A stretch of 64,000 nt of DNA from a bacterium (GCA_965240465.1 OZ251219.1:256001-320000), one strand, 5' to 3'; shown: positions 9,027 through 19,680, counted from the first letter of the stretch. A program made the numbers and translations. The notes: generated from the sequence alone by a model not told the origin.

Positions 9027-11762
9027 TCAGGGAGAGCTGATATTCACCATAACCTTATTGCTACAGTTGTTGTCGGGGTTTGAATCTGCAGTGATACCAG
9101 AACTAGTACTTGTTACACAAACGTAATAATAATATACGCCTGCAGGGCCTGTCGCTGTAAAAGACTTACCACCATCGTAGTAATTACCCGCAGTCAATTG
9201 AGCACCTACAGAAAATACTTTTCGTGGCGAAAAGGCTTCTAAAGCAACGGGGCTGGTGATAGCATCACTGTTATCAGAGCGGTAGTACTCAAATTTTTCC
9301 ACCGCCGAGAGTGCACTCCCAATGTTATTCACCCTCACAGAGAATAAAATACTGCCACCCATGTTGAGATCTTGGGGACTAGCCGCCAAGACACCCATTG
9401 TTAGATCGGGGGCGGGGAGTACGATCACCTTAACCTTATTGCTACAGTTGTTGGTGAGGTTTGAATCTGCGGTGCTACCAGAACCAGTACTTGTTAAACA
9501 AGCGTAATAATAATATACGCCGCCATTCGCTGAAAAAGACTTATCACCAGAGGCTATTCCATCCGCACCCAAAGCAGGTATAGTAACTGTTTTTCCTATA
9601 ACAATTTCTGTCCCATCGGGGCTGGTGATAACATTACTGTTCTCAGAGCGGTAATATTGCAATGTTTCCTCCACTGAGGATACACCCCCAATGTTCTTCA
9701 CCTCCACCGAGAATACAACATTCTCATCAAGGATGCCTACCACGGAAATAGTGTCGTCAGCAATTGTCAATTCACCCATTTGTAGATCTGGGGTGGCGGG
9801 GGTGGCATTCACGGTCACCGCAACTGTATTGCTACAGTTGACGGTGGTTCCCGTATTAGTTACACAAGCGTAGTAATAATACATGCCAGCAGTGTTTGAC
9901 ACTTGAACCATCTTAGTATTAGGGAATGTATTTGTACTAGCAATTGTACCACTCTCAGTCAAAGCAGTAACATCAACCGTCCCCGTAATAGCGGTGCCAC
10001 CAGTAGTATTATTGTTAGTATTGCTGTAATAGGTTAGTATTTCATCCACCGAGGTTGCAGTTCCGCTGTTAGTCACAGTCACCGCAAAATCAACATTGCC
10101 ACCCTCGGTAATAGAAGCTGTGCTGCCATTATTGACCGTCAATGTACCCAAGGTTAGATTAGCTGCAGCTGCCTGGGCCGCGGTGACGGACACCGCAACC
10201 TTATTGCTGCAGTTGACGGGGGGGATGATTCCCGTATTATTTACACAAGCGTAGTAATGATATGTGGTGCCAACATCACCTGACACTATAATACCCTCAC
10301 TACTCTTGAATCCTACATTCTTACCCACAGCATTTATAGAAAATGTTTGTTCTGGCGAAAGGATTTCGTTGGTGTCGGGGCTGGTGATAGCAGCACTGCT
10401 AGCAGAGCGGTAATATTTCAGTTCTTCCACCGCTGAGAGTATATTCCCTCTGTTAGTCACAGTCACCGCAAAAGTAGCATCGCTACCTACGACAACATCA
10501 ACTGTAGTACTACTACCATTGACCGTCAATGTACCCATTTGTAGATTGGGGGCATTCACGGTCACCTCAACTGTATCGCTGCAGTCGACGGTGGCTACCG
10601 TATTAGTTACACAAGCGAAGTAATAATAGATGCCAGCAGGGCCTATCACTGTCAAAGTACTAGGATAATCTTTATCACCATTACCACCCAAAGGAGCTAC
10701 GGTAACACTACTTCCAATTTTAGTGGAGGTTGATGATTGAGGGTTATTACTGTCAGTAGTAGAGCGGTAATAACTCAGTGCTTCCTCCACCGAGTCTACA
10801 TCCCCTTCGTTAGACACACTCGCCACAAAATCAACCATACCCGCGGTAACAGTAGCTGGGTCTCCACTACCATTGACCGTAAGGGACACTTGTAGACTGG
10901 CGGGGTCGGAGGCATTCACGGTCACCTCAACTGTATCGCTGCAGTCGACGGTGCCTCCCGTATTAGTTACACAAGCGTAATAATAATATGTGCCAGCAGT
11001 GCCTGACGCTTGAACCGTCGCATCATAAGATTGTGTAGCACCCATAGTCAAAACGTCTACAGTAGCATCCTTACCTATAATGGCGGTGCCATTAACAGTA
11101 CTATTGGTAGTATTGCTGTAATAGGTTAGTGTCTCAGCTACCGAGTCTGCACTCCCACTATTCCTCACCATCACTGAAAGCACAACCTCACCACTCGTGG
11201 CAATAGTACTTGGATTAACTGCAAATTGATCCACTCCTAGATCCGCTTTAGCAGTTTCGGTAAAGGTAACTTGCTTGCCAGCGGTACAATCATTGCCGAG
11301 GTTGGTGTCATCGGTCGTTTTTACACAAGCTCCGTAGAAAACTGACTTTGCAGTGCCTTCGGTAGCGGTGGTACTTAACTCATCGGACAATTCTCCTCCA
11401 TCCAAACTAGCGATAGAGGTGTCCCCTGTTAGTACATCATCATCGGAGGTAATAGTTTTGTCTATGGACTTGTAAAAGGTTACAGTTACGGCTCCTGAAG
11501 TAGCTGCTGTCCCTTGATTTTTCACCTTCAAGGAAAGTGTTACGTCAGTGCCTTTAACAACGCTGGTGAGACTGACAGCAAAATCATCTGGTATTAAATC
11601 AATTCCAGTAATTTTTGTGCCGGAGGAGTTACTGTCACCATCGCCGCCGCCGCCATCATCACCGCCACCACCACAGGATGTTAAGAAGAGTGCCGGTAGG
11701 ACGGTTAACAAAAAGGCAGGCAGAGCTGCGAATTTTAAGAAAGATTGGATGTTTTTATTCAT
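9027..11762 (-). CDS. CARDB/Ig-like repeat lipoprotein, paralogue 3 (7 modules, terminal module deleted)
   Basis: Same signal peptide and lipobox; ends NISSP* with an out-of-frame remnant of the final module at 8975-9031. Confidence 0.85.
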   Translation of the reverse strand: MNKNIQSFLKFAALPAFLLTVLPALFLTSCGGGGDDGGGGDGDSNSSGTKITGIDLIPDDFAVSLTSVVKGTDVTLSLKVKNQGTAATSGAVTVTFYKSIDKTITSDDDVLTGDTSIASLDGGELSDELSTTATEGTAKSVFYGACVKTTDDTNLGNDCTAGKQVTFTETAKADLGVDQFAVNPSTIATSGEVVLSVMVRNSGSADSVAETLTYYSNTTNSTVNGTAIIGKDATVDVLTMGATQSYDATVQASGTAGTYYYYACVTNTGGTVDCSDTVEVTVNASDPASLQVSLTVNGSGDPATVTAGMVDFVASVSNEGDVDSVEEALSYYRSTTDSNNPQSSTSTKIGSSVTVAPLGGNGDKDYPSTLTVIGPAGIYYYFACVTNTVATVDCSDTVEVTVNAPNLQMGTLTVNGSSTTVDVVVGSDATFAVTVTNRGNILSAVEELKYYRSASSAAITSPDTNEILSPEQTFSINAVGKNVGFKSSEGIIVSGDVGTTYHYYACVNNTGIIPPVNCSNKVAVSVTAAQAAAANLTLGTLTVNNGSTASITEGGNVDFAVTVTNSGTATSVDEILTYYSNTNNNTTGGTAITGTVDVTALTESGTIASTNTFPNTKMVQVSNTAGMYYYYACVTNTGTTVNCSNTVAVTVNATPATPDLQMGELTIADDTISVVGILDENVVFSVEVKNIGGVSSVEETLQYYRSENSNVITSPDGTEIVIGKTVTIPALGADGIASGDKSFSANGGVYYYYACLTSTGSGSTADSNLTNNCSNKVKVIVLPAPDLTMGVLAASPQDLNMGGSILFSVRVNNIGSALSAVEKFEYYRSDNSDAITSPVALEAFSPRKVFSVGAQLTAGNYYDGGKSFTATGPAGVYYYYVCVTSTSSGITADSNPDNNCSNKVMVNISSP

Positions 11763-11869
11763 TTTTTCCTCATTAGAAGATTGTCAGCATATTTTACTCA
11801 TAACCAAGTCACAGGTTATCACACTGTTTTGAGGAATGCAAAAGAAGCTGCTAGGAATGAAGCAACCAA

Positions 11870-11980
11870 CTGGACGCCCTCTGCCAAACACGAACAATAC
11901 ACTGGAACTGGATCCCCGCCCACCCTCAAAACGAACTCTGCGACCAACTCGCCAACCAAGCACGCCTTAAACTAAAACAA
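11870..11980 (+). pseudogene. rnhA: rnhA 3' fragment, copy 4
   Basis: Reads WNWIPAHPQNELCDQLANQARLKLKQ: 9-nt in-frame deletion and stop codon lost. Confidence 0.75.
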
Positions 11981-12067
11981 AAAATGGGGCAGACAATAAA
12001 TCTGCCCCAAAGAAAACCACTTAAAGAAAGGAGTGGGGCAGACAATAAATCTGCCCCCATACTCTAA

Positions 12068-15000
12068 CTACTGAACAGCAATTCGGTCATAAATACAATG
12101 TTCGTCACTACCATCAGAGGATTTACTAATACAAGCCCCATAATAATACTCTCCCGAAACAAGACCGCTTTGGGTTTTAGTACCAGTCATGGTGTCAGTA
12201 AGGGAACTACCACTATCACCATTCGCAGCTACTGAACTAATACCTTTTGCAGATTGTTGTGGTACGTCACTAGTATTAAGGACATCATTATCTGATCCAT
12301 AATATCTTAAAGTAAGTGCTGCACTTGCTGCATCACCCAGATTTTTAATAACCACCCTCATTTTGATATTATCCCCATTACTCACAGAACCTTCTCCGTA
12401 TGTGACAACAGTCTCTACGCCACTACTATCAACCTTGTACACTACCAGGTCATGCAGTTTAATATCTACTCCGCTGGTAGCATTAACAACAACCGCTTGA
12501 CTGACACAATTGTTGCCTGTATTGGCACTGTCCTCACCACCTCCCGAAATACAAACTCCATAATATAATGTGCCTTTATCTCGTTGGGTTAAAAAATCGG
12601 ATTTTAGTACATCCTTCTCACTACCAACAGCCAATCCACTACTAAAAGAAGTTGTACCAACAACTTCGTCATCAGCAAAGCTTGTATCAGCTGACATGTA
12701 ATATTTTACAGTGATTACCTCACCACTTGCTAAAACAGCGTTACTGCTGTTGTTTCTAACCTTCACGCTAATTTGGATACTATCCCCAGCTAGGAGAGTG
12801 CCTCCATCTGCAATCACGGCGTTGCCCGAGTTTATGGAATTTCTCAATACTAAACCAGTCGGTATCAAATCTAGACTCTGGACAACAACAGGGGCAATGA
12901 CAGGAACTGCGAGCTGATCACAATTGTTAGCTTTAGCGGTTGCTGCCTCATTAAGAGTGGCACTCACACAAACTGTATAGTAATATGTTGCATTGGATGT
13001 CACAGTTTCCACCGTAATTGTTCCAGAGATAACACTACGTTCGCCCGCACTGACGGTCAAGTTGGCGACATCTGCGGCAACAGTGGCAGTATCAGGAACC
13101 GATATCTTCTTGCTACTATCATTAGCAGGATTAATGGCGGTGCTATCCGTGGATCTATAATAGTCAAATGTTAGAGCACCTGAACCCCCAGTAGTTCCTA
13201 TGTTTTGAACCTTAAAGCCAAGTTTTATATCACTACCAGATTTAACATCGCCACTGCTGGGAGTATTTAAAGCTAAATCAAACACCTTTAGATCAAGGGT
13301 CGCACTACCGACGACACTCACATTCACCCTAACCTTATTGCTACAGTCGTTGGCAGAGTTTGAATCTACAGCGACACCAGTACCAGTGCTTGTTATACAA
13401 GCATAATAATACCACGTGCCTTTAGGGGTTGTCGCTGGAAAAGTCTCACCACCAGGGGCTGTTCCACCCGCAATCAAAACATCTACATCAACTACTTGTT
13501 CTGGCGAAAGGGCTTCGCTGGTGACGGAGCTGGTGACGGGGCTGTCGAGATTACCACCAGTAGTAGAGCGGTAATATATCAAGTCTTCCTCCGCCGAACT
13601 TACAGTCCCTTCGTTAGTCACGGTCACCGAGAATTCAATATTGTCATTCACCGAAACATCGCTGTCAGTGACTGTCAATGTACCCACTCCTAGATCGGGA
13701 GCGGGGGCTCCCACGATCACCGAAACTGTATTGCTACAGTTGGGGGTAGATCCCGTATTACTTACACAAGCGAAGTAATAATAGGTGGTGCCAACAGTAC
13801 CTTCCACTATCAAACCTCTACTATCAGAGATTGTACGAGACGCATCCAAAGCAGCTATGTTAACACTTTCAATGTCGGTTAGTGATTGAGGGTCATTACT
13901 GTTAGTAGTAGAGCTGTAATATTTCAGTGTTTCCGCACCCGATATTGCAGTCCCGCTGTTAGTCACAGTCACCGCAAAAGCAGCACTTTTACCCTTGGCA
14001 ACAGTAGCTGTGCTACTACCCTTGACCGTCAATGTATCACCCAAGGTTAGATTGGGTGTCTGGGTGCCAGAGGTCATCACGGTCAACTCAGCTCGCGAGC
14101 TGCAGTCGTTGCTGGAGTTTGCATCTGCAGTGCTACCAGTACCAGTACTTGTCACACAAGCGTAATAATAATATGTGCTAGCAGTGCCTGCTTGAACCAT
14201 CGCAGTATAAGATTGTGTAGCACCCATAGTCAAAACGTCTACAGTAGCATCCTTACCTGTAATGGCGGTGCCATCAGCAGTCATACTGCTAGCGAGGTAA
14301 TAGGTTAGTGTTTCAGCTGCCGAAGCTGCACTCCCACTATTCTTCACTCTCACTGAAAGCACAACCTCACCACTCGGGGCAATAGTACTTGGAGCAACTG
14401 CAAATCGATCCAATGCTAGATCCGCGCTAGCAGAATCGGTAAAGATAACTTCCGTGCCAGCGGTACAATCATTGCTGGCGTCGGTGTCATCGGTCGTTAC
14501 TACACAAGCTCCGTAGTAAACTGAACCTGCAGCACTTTCGGTGGCCATGGTACTTGACTCAGCAGACAATGCTCCCATACCCAAACCAGTGAGAGCGAAA
14601 CCATTTCCTACTTCAGTATCGGAGGAGTCAATAGTTTCGTCTGTAGATTTGTAAAAGGTTAGAATTGCGGCTGTTGAAGCAGCTGTCCCTTGATTTTTCA
14701 CCTTCGAGGAAAGTGTTACGTTATCGTCTTTAACAACACTGGTAGCACTGACAGCAAAACCATATGGTATTAAATCAACCCCCGCAGTTTCGGTAAAGGT
14801 AACTTTCGTGCCAGCGGTACAATCATTGCTGGTGTCGGTGTCATCGGTCGTTTCTACACAAGCTCCGTAGAAAACTGGACCTGCAGCGTTTTCGGTGGCC
14901 ATGGTACTTAACTCAGCAGACAATGTTTCTCCATCCAAACTAAGGATAGTGGCGTCCCTTCCTAATACAGTATCATCGGAGGGGGTAATAGTTCCGTCTG

Positions 15001-15283
15001 TAGACTTGTAAAAGGTTACAGTCACGGCTCCTGAAGCCTCTGTCCCTTGATTTTTCACCTTCAAGGAAAGTTTTACTTCAGTGCCTTTAACAACACTGGT
15101 AGCACTGACAGCAAAATTATCTGGTGTTAAATCAATTCCAGCAACAGGTCCAGTAGTTTCTGTGCCGGAAGATTTATCTTCATCACCGCCACCACAGGAG
15201 GTTAAGAAGAGTCCCGATAGGACGGTTAACAAAAAGGCAGGCAGAGCTGCGAACTTTAAGAAAGATCGGATGTTTTTATTCAT
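12068..15283 (-). CDS. CARDB/Ig-like repeat lipoprotein, paralogue 4 (8 modules, last two divergent)
   Basis: Signal peptide MNKNIRSFLKFAALP...LTSC; repeated YYGACV/YYYACV modules. Confidence 0.85.
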   Translation of the reverse strand: MNKNIRSFLKFAALPAFLLTVLSGLFLTSCGGGDEDKSSGTETTGPVAGIDLTPDNFAVSATSVVKGTEVKLSLKVKNQGTEASGAVTVTFYKSTDGTITPSDDTVLGRDATILSLDGETLSAELSTMATENAAGPVFYGACVETTDDTDTSNDCTAGTKVTFTETAGVDLIPYGFAVSATSVVKDDNVTLSSKVKNQGTAASTAAILTFYKSTDETIDSSDTEVGNGFALTGLGMGALSAESSTMATESAAGSVYYGACVVTTDDTDASNDCTAGTEVIFTDSASADLALDRFAVAPSTIAPSGEVVLSVRVKNSGSAASAAETLTYYLASSMTADGTAITGKDATVDVLTMGATQSYTAMVQAGTASTYYYYACVTSTGTGSTADANSSNDCSSRAELTVMTSGTQTPNLTLGDTLTVKGSSTATVAKGKSAAFAVTVTNSGTAISGAETLKYYSSTTNSNDPQSLTDIESVNIAALDASRTISDSRGLIVEGTVGTTYYYFACVSNTGSTPNCSNTVSVIVGAPAPDLGVGTLTVTDSDVSVNDNIEFSVTVTNEGTVSSAEEDLIYYRSTTGGNLDSPVTSSVTSEALSPEQVVDVDVLIAGGTAPGGETFPATTPKGTWYYYACITSTGTGVAVDSNSANDCSNKVRVNVSVVGSATLDLKVFDLALNTPSSGDVKSGSDIKLGFKVQNIGTTGGSGALTFDYYRSTDSTAINPANDSSKKISVPDTATVAADVANLTVSAGERSVISGTITVETVTSNATYYYTVCVSATLNEAATAKANNCDQLAVPVIAPVVVQSLDLIPTGLVLRNSINSGNAVIADGGTLLAGDSIQISVKVRNNSSNAVLASGEVITVKYYMSADTSFADDEVVGTTSFSSGLAVGSEKDVLKSDFLTQRDKGTLYYGVCISGGGEDSANTGNNCVSQAVVVNATSGVDIKLHDLVVYKVDSSGVETVVTYGEGSVSNGDNIKMRVVIKNLGDAASAALTLRYYGSDNDVLNTSDVPQQSAKGISSVAANGDSGSSLTDTMTGTKTQSGLVSGEYYYGACISKSSDGSDEHCIYDRIAVQ

Positions 15284-15391
15284 TTTTTCTCATTAGAAAT
15301 TGTTGATATATTGTACTCACAACTAAGCCGCAGGGTATCACACTGTTTTGAGGAATACAACAACAAAAACTGCTAGGAATGAAGAAACCAG

Positions 15392-15510
15392 CTGGACGCC
15401 CTCTGCAAAAACACGAACAATACACTGGCACTGGATCCCTGCCCACATCGGACACCCTTAAAACGAACTCTGCGACCAACTCGCCAACCAAGCACGCCTC
15501 AAACTAAAAG
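15392..15510 (+). pseudogene. rnhA: rnhA 3' fragment, copy 5 (most degenerate)
   Basis: +1 frameshift after LDALC, then WHWIPAHIGHP*NELCDQLANQARLKLK with an internal TAA. Confidence 0.7.
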
Positions 15511-15552
15511 CCCATCCCCCAAAATAAACGGGACAGATGAACATCTGCCCCA

Positions 15553-17178
15553 TTAATTTAGACGCTGCTGAATATCAATTATTATATGCTTACAATTGTC
15601 CCCTATTTTGGCAGTATCTTCACCACCTCCCGAAAGACAAGCTCTATAATTGGTTGTGCCAAGCGTTACACCAATAGAAGCAGTTTGGGCTTTTTCAGCA
15701 CTGGTGCGATTAACTCTATCATTACCCCCACCATTTGCACTCAATCCAGTAATAGTCTTTGCTGGCTCAAAAAGGGCGCCACCACTGCCATCAGGACCCG
15801 AGTTTCTACGAAATTCTAAAGTAACATCAGATGTTGGAGCAGTATTACCCAGGCTTTTAATACTCACATATATTCTGAGAGTATCGCCTATGTAGATAAC
15901 GGCTGAGGGTGCAAGGGGAGTGGCGATTCCATTCAAGACCCTGTATACCACTAACTCCTCCAGTAACAAATCTATTCCGTCGGGAGCATTAGCAACAGTA
16001 ATTTCTTTACTAAGGCATTTAGTGCCTGTAGTGCCATCATTAGCTAGTTCAACACAAGCTCCAAAATAAAACGTGCCAATATCTATTTGGTTGAATTCAA
16101 CACTGGTAATATTCTCAACAAGACCTTGTTGCCCAGCCAATGAGTCGTTGATAACTTTGCTTTCAAGAAGAACATCGTCTATGCCATCAACAGCTGATGC
16201 GGATCTATAAAATTTTACAGTGGCTTTACCAGCTGCTACATCACCATCACCACTGTTTCCAACATTTATAAGCATGTGGATTTTGCCTTCATAGTTGATA
16301 CTTTGGTCTGTATCCTCACTGGAGCCATCGTATAATCTTAAATTATCCAGTGACAAATCTGGATTATTGGTAAAGGTAACTTCCGTGCCAGCGGTACAAT
16401 TATTGCTGGTGTCGGGTTCACCGATCGTTACTACACAAGCTCCGTAGTAAACTGGACCTGCAGTGCTTTCGGTGGCCATGACACTCAATTCATCAGACAA
16501 TGCTCCTCCATCCAAACTAGTGAGAGCCTTATTTCCTACTGCAGTATCAGCGGAGGTAATAGTTCCGTCTGCAGACTTGTAAAAGGTTACAGTTACGGTT
16601 CCTGAATCAGCTGTCCCTTGATTTCTCACCTTCAAGGAAAGTTTTACGTTACTGCTTTTAACAACACTGGTAGCACTGACAGCAAAACCATATGGTATTA
16701 AATCAACCCCCGCAGTTTCGGTAAAGGTAACTTTCGTGCCAGCGGTACAATCATTGTTGGCGTTGGTGTCATCGGTCGTTACTACACAAGCTCCGTAGTA
16801 AACTGGACCTGCAGTGCTTTCGGTGGTGGTAGTACTTAACTCAGCAGACAATGCTCCTCCATCCAAACTAGCGATAGAGGTGTCCACTTCTACTTCATCA
16901 TCGGAGGAGCTAATAGTTCCGTCTATAGACTTGTAAAAGGTTACAGTTACGGTTCCTGAATCATCTGTCCCTTGATTTCTCACCTTCAAGGAAAGTCTTA
17001 CTTCAGTGTCTTTGACAACACTGGTAGCACTGACAGCAAAATCATCCGGTGTTAAATCAACGCCGGAGGATTTCTTTTCATCACCGCCACAAGAGATTAA
17101 GAAGAGTGCTGGCAGGACGGTTAACAAAAAGGCAGGCAGAGCCACGAATTTCAAGAAAGATTTAACGTTCTTATTCAT
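15553..17178 (-). CDS. CARDB/Ig-like repeat lipoprotein, paralogue 5 (4 modules)
   Basis: Start moved to ATG at 17178 (MNKNVKSFLKF) by homology with the other paralogues; lipobox LISC. Confidence 0.85.
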   Translation of the reverse strand: MNKNVKSFLKFVALPAFLLTVLPALFLISCGGDEKKSSGVDLTPDDFAVSATSVVKDTEVRLSLKVRNQGTDDSGTVTVTFYKSIDGTISSSDDEVEVDTSIASLDGGALSAELSTTTTESTAGPVYYGACVVTTDDTNANNDCTAGTKVTFTETAGVDLIPYGFAVSATSVVKSSNVKLSLKVRNQGTADSGTVTVTFYKSADGTITSADTAVGNKALTSLDGGALSDELSVMATESTAGPVYYGACVVTIGEPDTSNNCTAGTEVTFTNNPDLSLDNLRLYDGSSEDTDQSINYEGKIHMLINVGNSGDGDVAAGKATVKFYRSASAVDGIDDVLLESKVINDSLAGQQGLVENITSVEFNQIDIGTFYFGACVELANDGTTGTKCLSKEITVANAPDGIDLLLEELVVYRVLNGIATPLAPSAVIYIGDTLRIYVSIKSLGNTAPTSDVTLEFRRNSGPDGSGGALFEPAKTITGLSANGGGNDRVNRTSAEKAQTASIGVTLGTTNYRACLSGGGEDTAKIGDNCKHIIIDIQQRLN

Positions 17179-17376
17179 TTTCTCCCATTTGGAAAATTGC
17201 CGATGCTGTACACGGCAGAGCTGTATGCTATCACACTGTTTTAAGGGATGCAATGCAAGAAAATCGGCAAATTACAAAAAATAATTTGCAAAGTTGGTTA
17301 TGTGGGTATACTTTGGGATAGGTAGTGATCGTTCTCATTACAGAATGAAGTTTTTCTAGTTTTGGTTTAAGAAGTC

Positions 17377-18591
17377 ATGAAAGACGTAATTTACATGGAT
17401 AACCATTCCACCACCCAGATGGATGAGAGGGTGTTAGAGGTTATGTTGCCTTATTTCAGCCAGTATTTTGGCAATGCGGCGAGCCGTAACCATGGTTTTG
17501 GCTGGGAGGCAGAAGAAGCTGTAGATGCGGCTCGTAGACAGATTTCTAATTTAGTAGGAGCTGAGGAGAGGGAGGTTATTTTCACTAGTGGTGCTACCGA
17601 ATCTAACAATTTAGCAATTATTGGAGTAGCGGAATTTTACCGAGAGAAGGGCAATCACATCATCACCAGCCCTATTGAGCACAAGGCGGTTTTGGACACC
17701 TGCCTGATGCTGGAGAGTAAAGGCTTTCAGATCACCTATTTGAAGGTAGATTCTGATGGTTGCATAGGCCTGGATCAGTTGCGGGACGCCATAACCGATA
17801 AGACCATACTAGTCACGCTGATGGCGGCTAATAACGAGATTGGGACTTTGCATCCTCTTAAGGAGATTGGTCAGTTATGCCGTGAGCGTGGTGTTCTTTT
17901 CCATACTGATGCTACTCAGGGGGTAGGACACATGGAGCTTGATGTAGAGAGTATGTGCCTTGATTTGGTTTCTTTTACGGCTCACAAGATTTATGGGCCT
18001 AAGGGTATAGGAGCGTTATATGTTAGGAGGCGAAAGCCTCGGGTTCGCCTTACTCCGCTTATTTTGGGTGGTGGTCATGAGCGAGGCATGCGTTCTGGTA
18101 CTTTGAATGTGCCGGGCATTGTGGGATTTGGCAAAGCAGCGGAGTTAATTTGTCAAGAATCTCAGCAGGAGAAGGATAGGCTGATCGGATTAAGAGACTA
18201 TCTTCACAAAAGTCTAAATGAGGAATTAGGGGATCTCAAGCTAAACGGACACCCCACTCAAAGACACCCTGGCAACCTCAATTTAAGTTTTGCTTATGTT
18301 GAGGGTGAAAGTCTGCTAATGGGCATCAGTGATATTGCTGTTTCTTCTGGTTCTGCTTGTACTTCGGCTAGTTTAGAGCCTTCTTATGTGTTGCAGGCTT
18401 TGGGGGTAGGCGAAGAATTAGCACATTCTTCCATCCGTTTTGGGCTGGGTCGTTTTACCACTCAAGAAGAGGTAGACTATGTAATCAAGAGGGTAGCTGC
18501 AGAAGTCATCAAGTTACGCGAAATGTCACCTCTATATGAAATGGCACAAGAAGGCATTGACCTCAGCACCGTACAATGGAAATCCCACTAG
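17377..18591 (+). CDS. iscS: Cysteine desulfurase IscS
   Basis: [27 protein letters not shown] (PLP lysine), SSGSACTS, C-terminal SPLYEM...W. Confidence 0.97.
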   Translation: MKDVIYMDNHSTTQMDERVLEVMLPYFSQYFGNAASRNHGFGWEAEEAVDAARRQISNLVGAEEREVIFTSGATESNNLAIIGVAEFYREKGNHIITSPIEHKAVLDTCLMLESKGFQITYLKVDSDGCIGLDQLRDAITDKTILVTLMAANNEIGTLHPLKEIGQLCRERGVLFHTDATQGVGHMELDVESMCLDLVSFTAHKIYGPKGIGALYVRRRKPRVRLTPLILGGGHERGMRSGTLNVPGIVGFGKAAELICQESQQEKDRLIGLRDYLHKSLNEELGDLKLNGHPTQRHPGNLNLSFAYVEGESLLMGISDIAVSSGSACTSASLEPSYVLQALGVGEELAHSSIRFGLGRFTTQEEVDYVIKRVAAEVIKLREMSPLYEMAQEGIDLSTVQWKSH

Positions 18592-18707
18592 TTAACCCCC
18601 CAGCCTAGTGACTTTGCCCTTATATATGTGTTATAATCTGTTGCGTTTTATTTTTACCTAGTTTTTTTATCCCCCCTTTGTTAAACCCTTTATTAGAGAA
18701 TATTCCC

Positions 18708-19091
18708 ATGGCTTATAGCGAAAAAGTGCTTGACCACTATAAAAACCCCCGCAATGTGGGCAGTTTTGACAAAAATGACAAAGATACTGGCACCGGAATC
18801 GTAGGAGCACCCGAATGCGGCGATGTCATGAAACTACAAATTAAGGTGAACAATGGACACATTGTAGAAGCCTGCTTCAAAACCTTTGGCTGTGGTAGTG
18901 CTATCGCCAGTTCCAGCCTAGCCACCGAGTGGTTACAAGGCAAAAGCCTAGCCGAGGCCAACAACATCAAAAACACCGATATCGTAGCAGAACTATCCTT
19001 GCCACCAGTAAAAATACACTGCTCGGTCTTGGCAGAAGATGCTATCAAATCGGCGATCGCTGATTATAAGAAAAAGGTAGCCTCTTCTTAA
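18708..19091 (+). CDS. iscU: Fe-S cluster scaffold IscU
   Basis: MAYSEKVLDHY start, APECGD, FGCGSAIAS, LPPVKIHCS. Confidence 0.97.
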   Translation: MAYSEKVLDHYKNPRNVGSFDKNDKDTGTGIVGAPECGDVMKLQIKVNNGHIVEACFKTFGCGSAIASSSLATEWLQGKSLAEANNIKNTDIVAELSLPPVKIHCSVLAEDAIKSAIADYKKKVASS

Positions 19092-19104
19092 TCTCGGGAC
19101 CACT

Positions 19105-19671
19105 ATGCCTTCTACAGCAACGAACTCATTTGCTCTGTTTGGCTTACCTCAGCAATATCAACTGGATCGCCAAAAGCTGGAAGAATGTTACCGACAGGAG
19201 AGCTTCCAATCTCACCCCGATTTGGCCGCTGATGACCCCCAAGCCCAACAAATAGCCCTAGAACGCACTGCACTTGTCAACCAAGCCTTCCAAACCCTCA
19301 GCGACGATACCAAACGAGCCCAATTACTGCTCACCCTGTTGTTGGAAGACCGCTCGCTGGAAACAGACCAGCTCCCACCGGGCTTCTTGCAGGAAATGTT
19401 TGCCTTGCAAGAACAAACCGATGAACTACTCAGTCAAGAGTCTGATCCAGCCGTATCCTCAGAGGAAAAACAAACTAGCCAAACCTTGCAAGAACAAACC
19501 GAAGCCCGACGCGATAAGTTACTCCAACAGCGTAACCAGTTATTTACAATGGCATCTGCCAGTACTCCGTCCTCACTGGAGGTGCTCCAGTCTATTCAGA
19601 ATAACCTTAATTGTGAACGCTATCTCAACCGATTGATTTTCAACCTGAAAGGCAAAGAAACAGACCTGTAG
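19105..19671 (+). CDS. hscB: Fe-S assembly co-chaperone HscB
   Basis: J-domain with HPD motif, VNQAFQTL...RA, FLQEMF; lies between iscU and hscA. Confidence 0.88.
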   Translation: MPSTATNSFALFGLPQQYQLDRQKLEECYRQESFQSHPDLAADDPQAQQIALERTALVNQAFQTLSDDTKRAQLLLTLLLEDRSLETDQLPPGFLQEMFALQEQTDELLSQESDPAVSSEEKQTSQTLQEQTEARRDKLLQQRNQLFTMASASTPSSLEVLQSIQNNLNCERYLNRLIFNLKGKETDL

Positions 19672-19680
19672 GATCTGACC

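Noticed and set aside
15553-17253. ORF-track starts at 17253 and at 59525
   Set aside because: Homology with paralogues places the starts at 17178 and 59567, giving proper lipoprotein signal peptides
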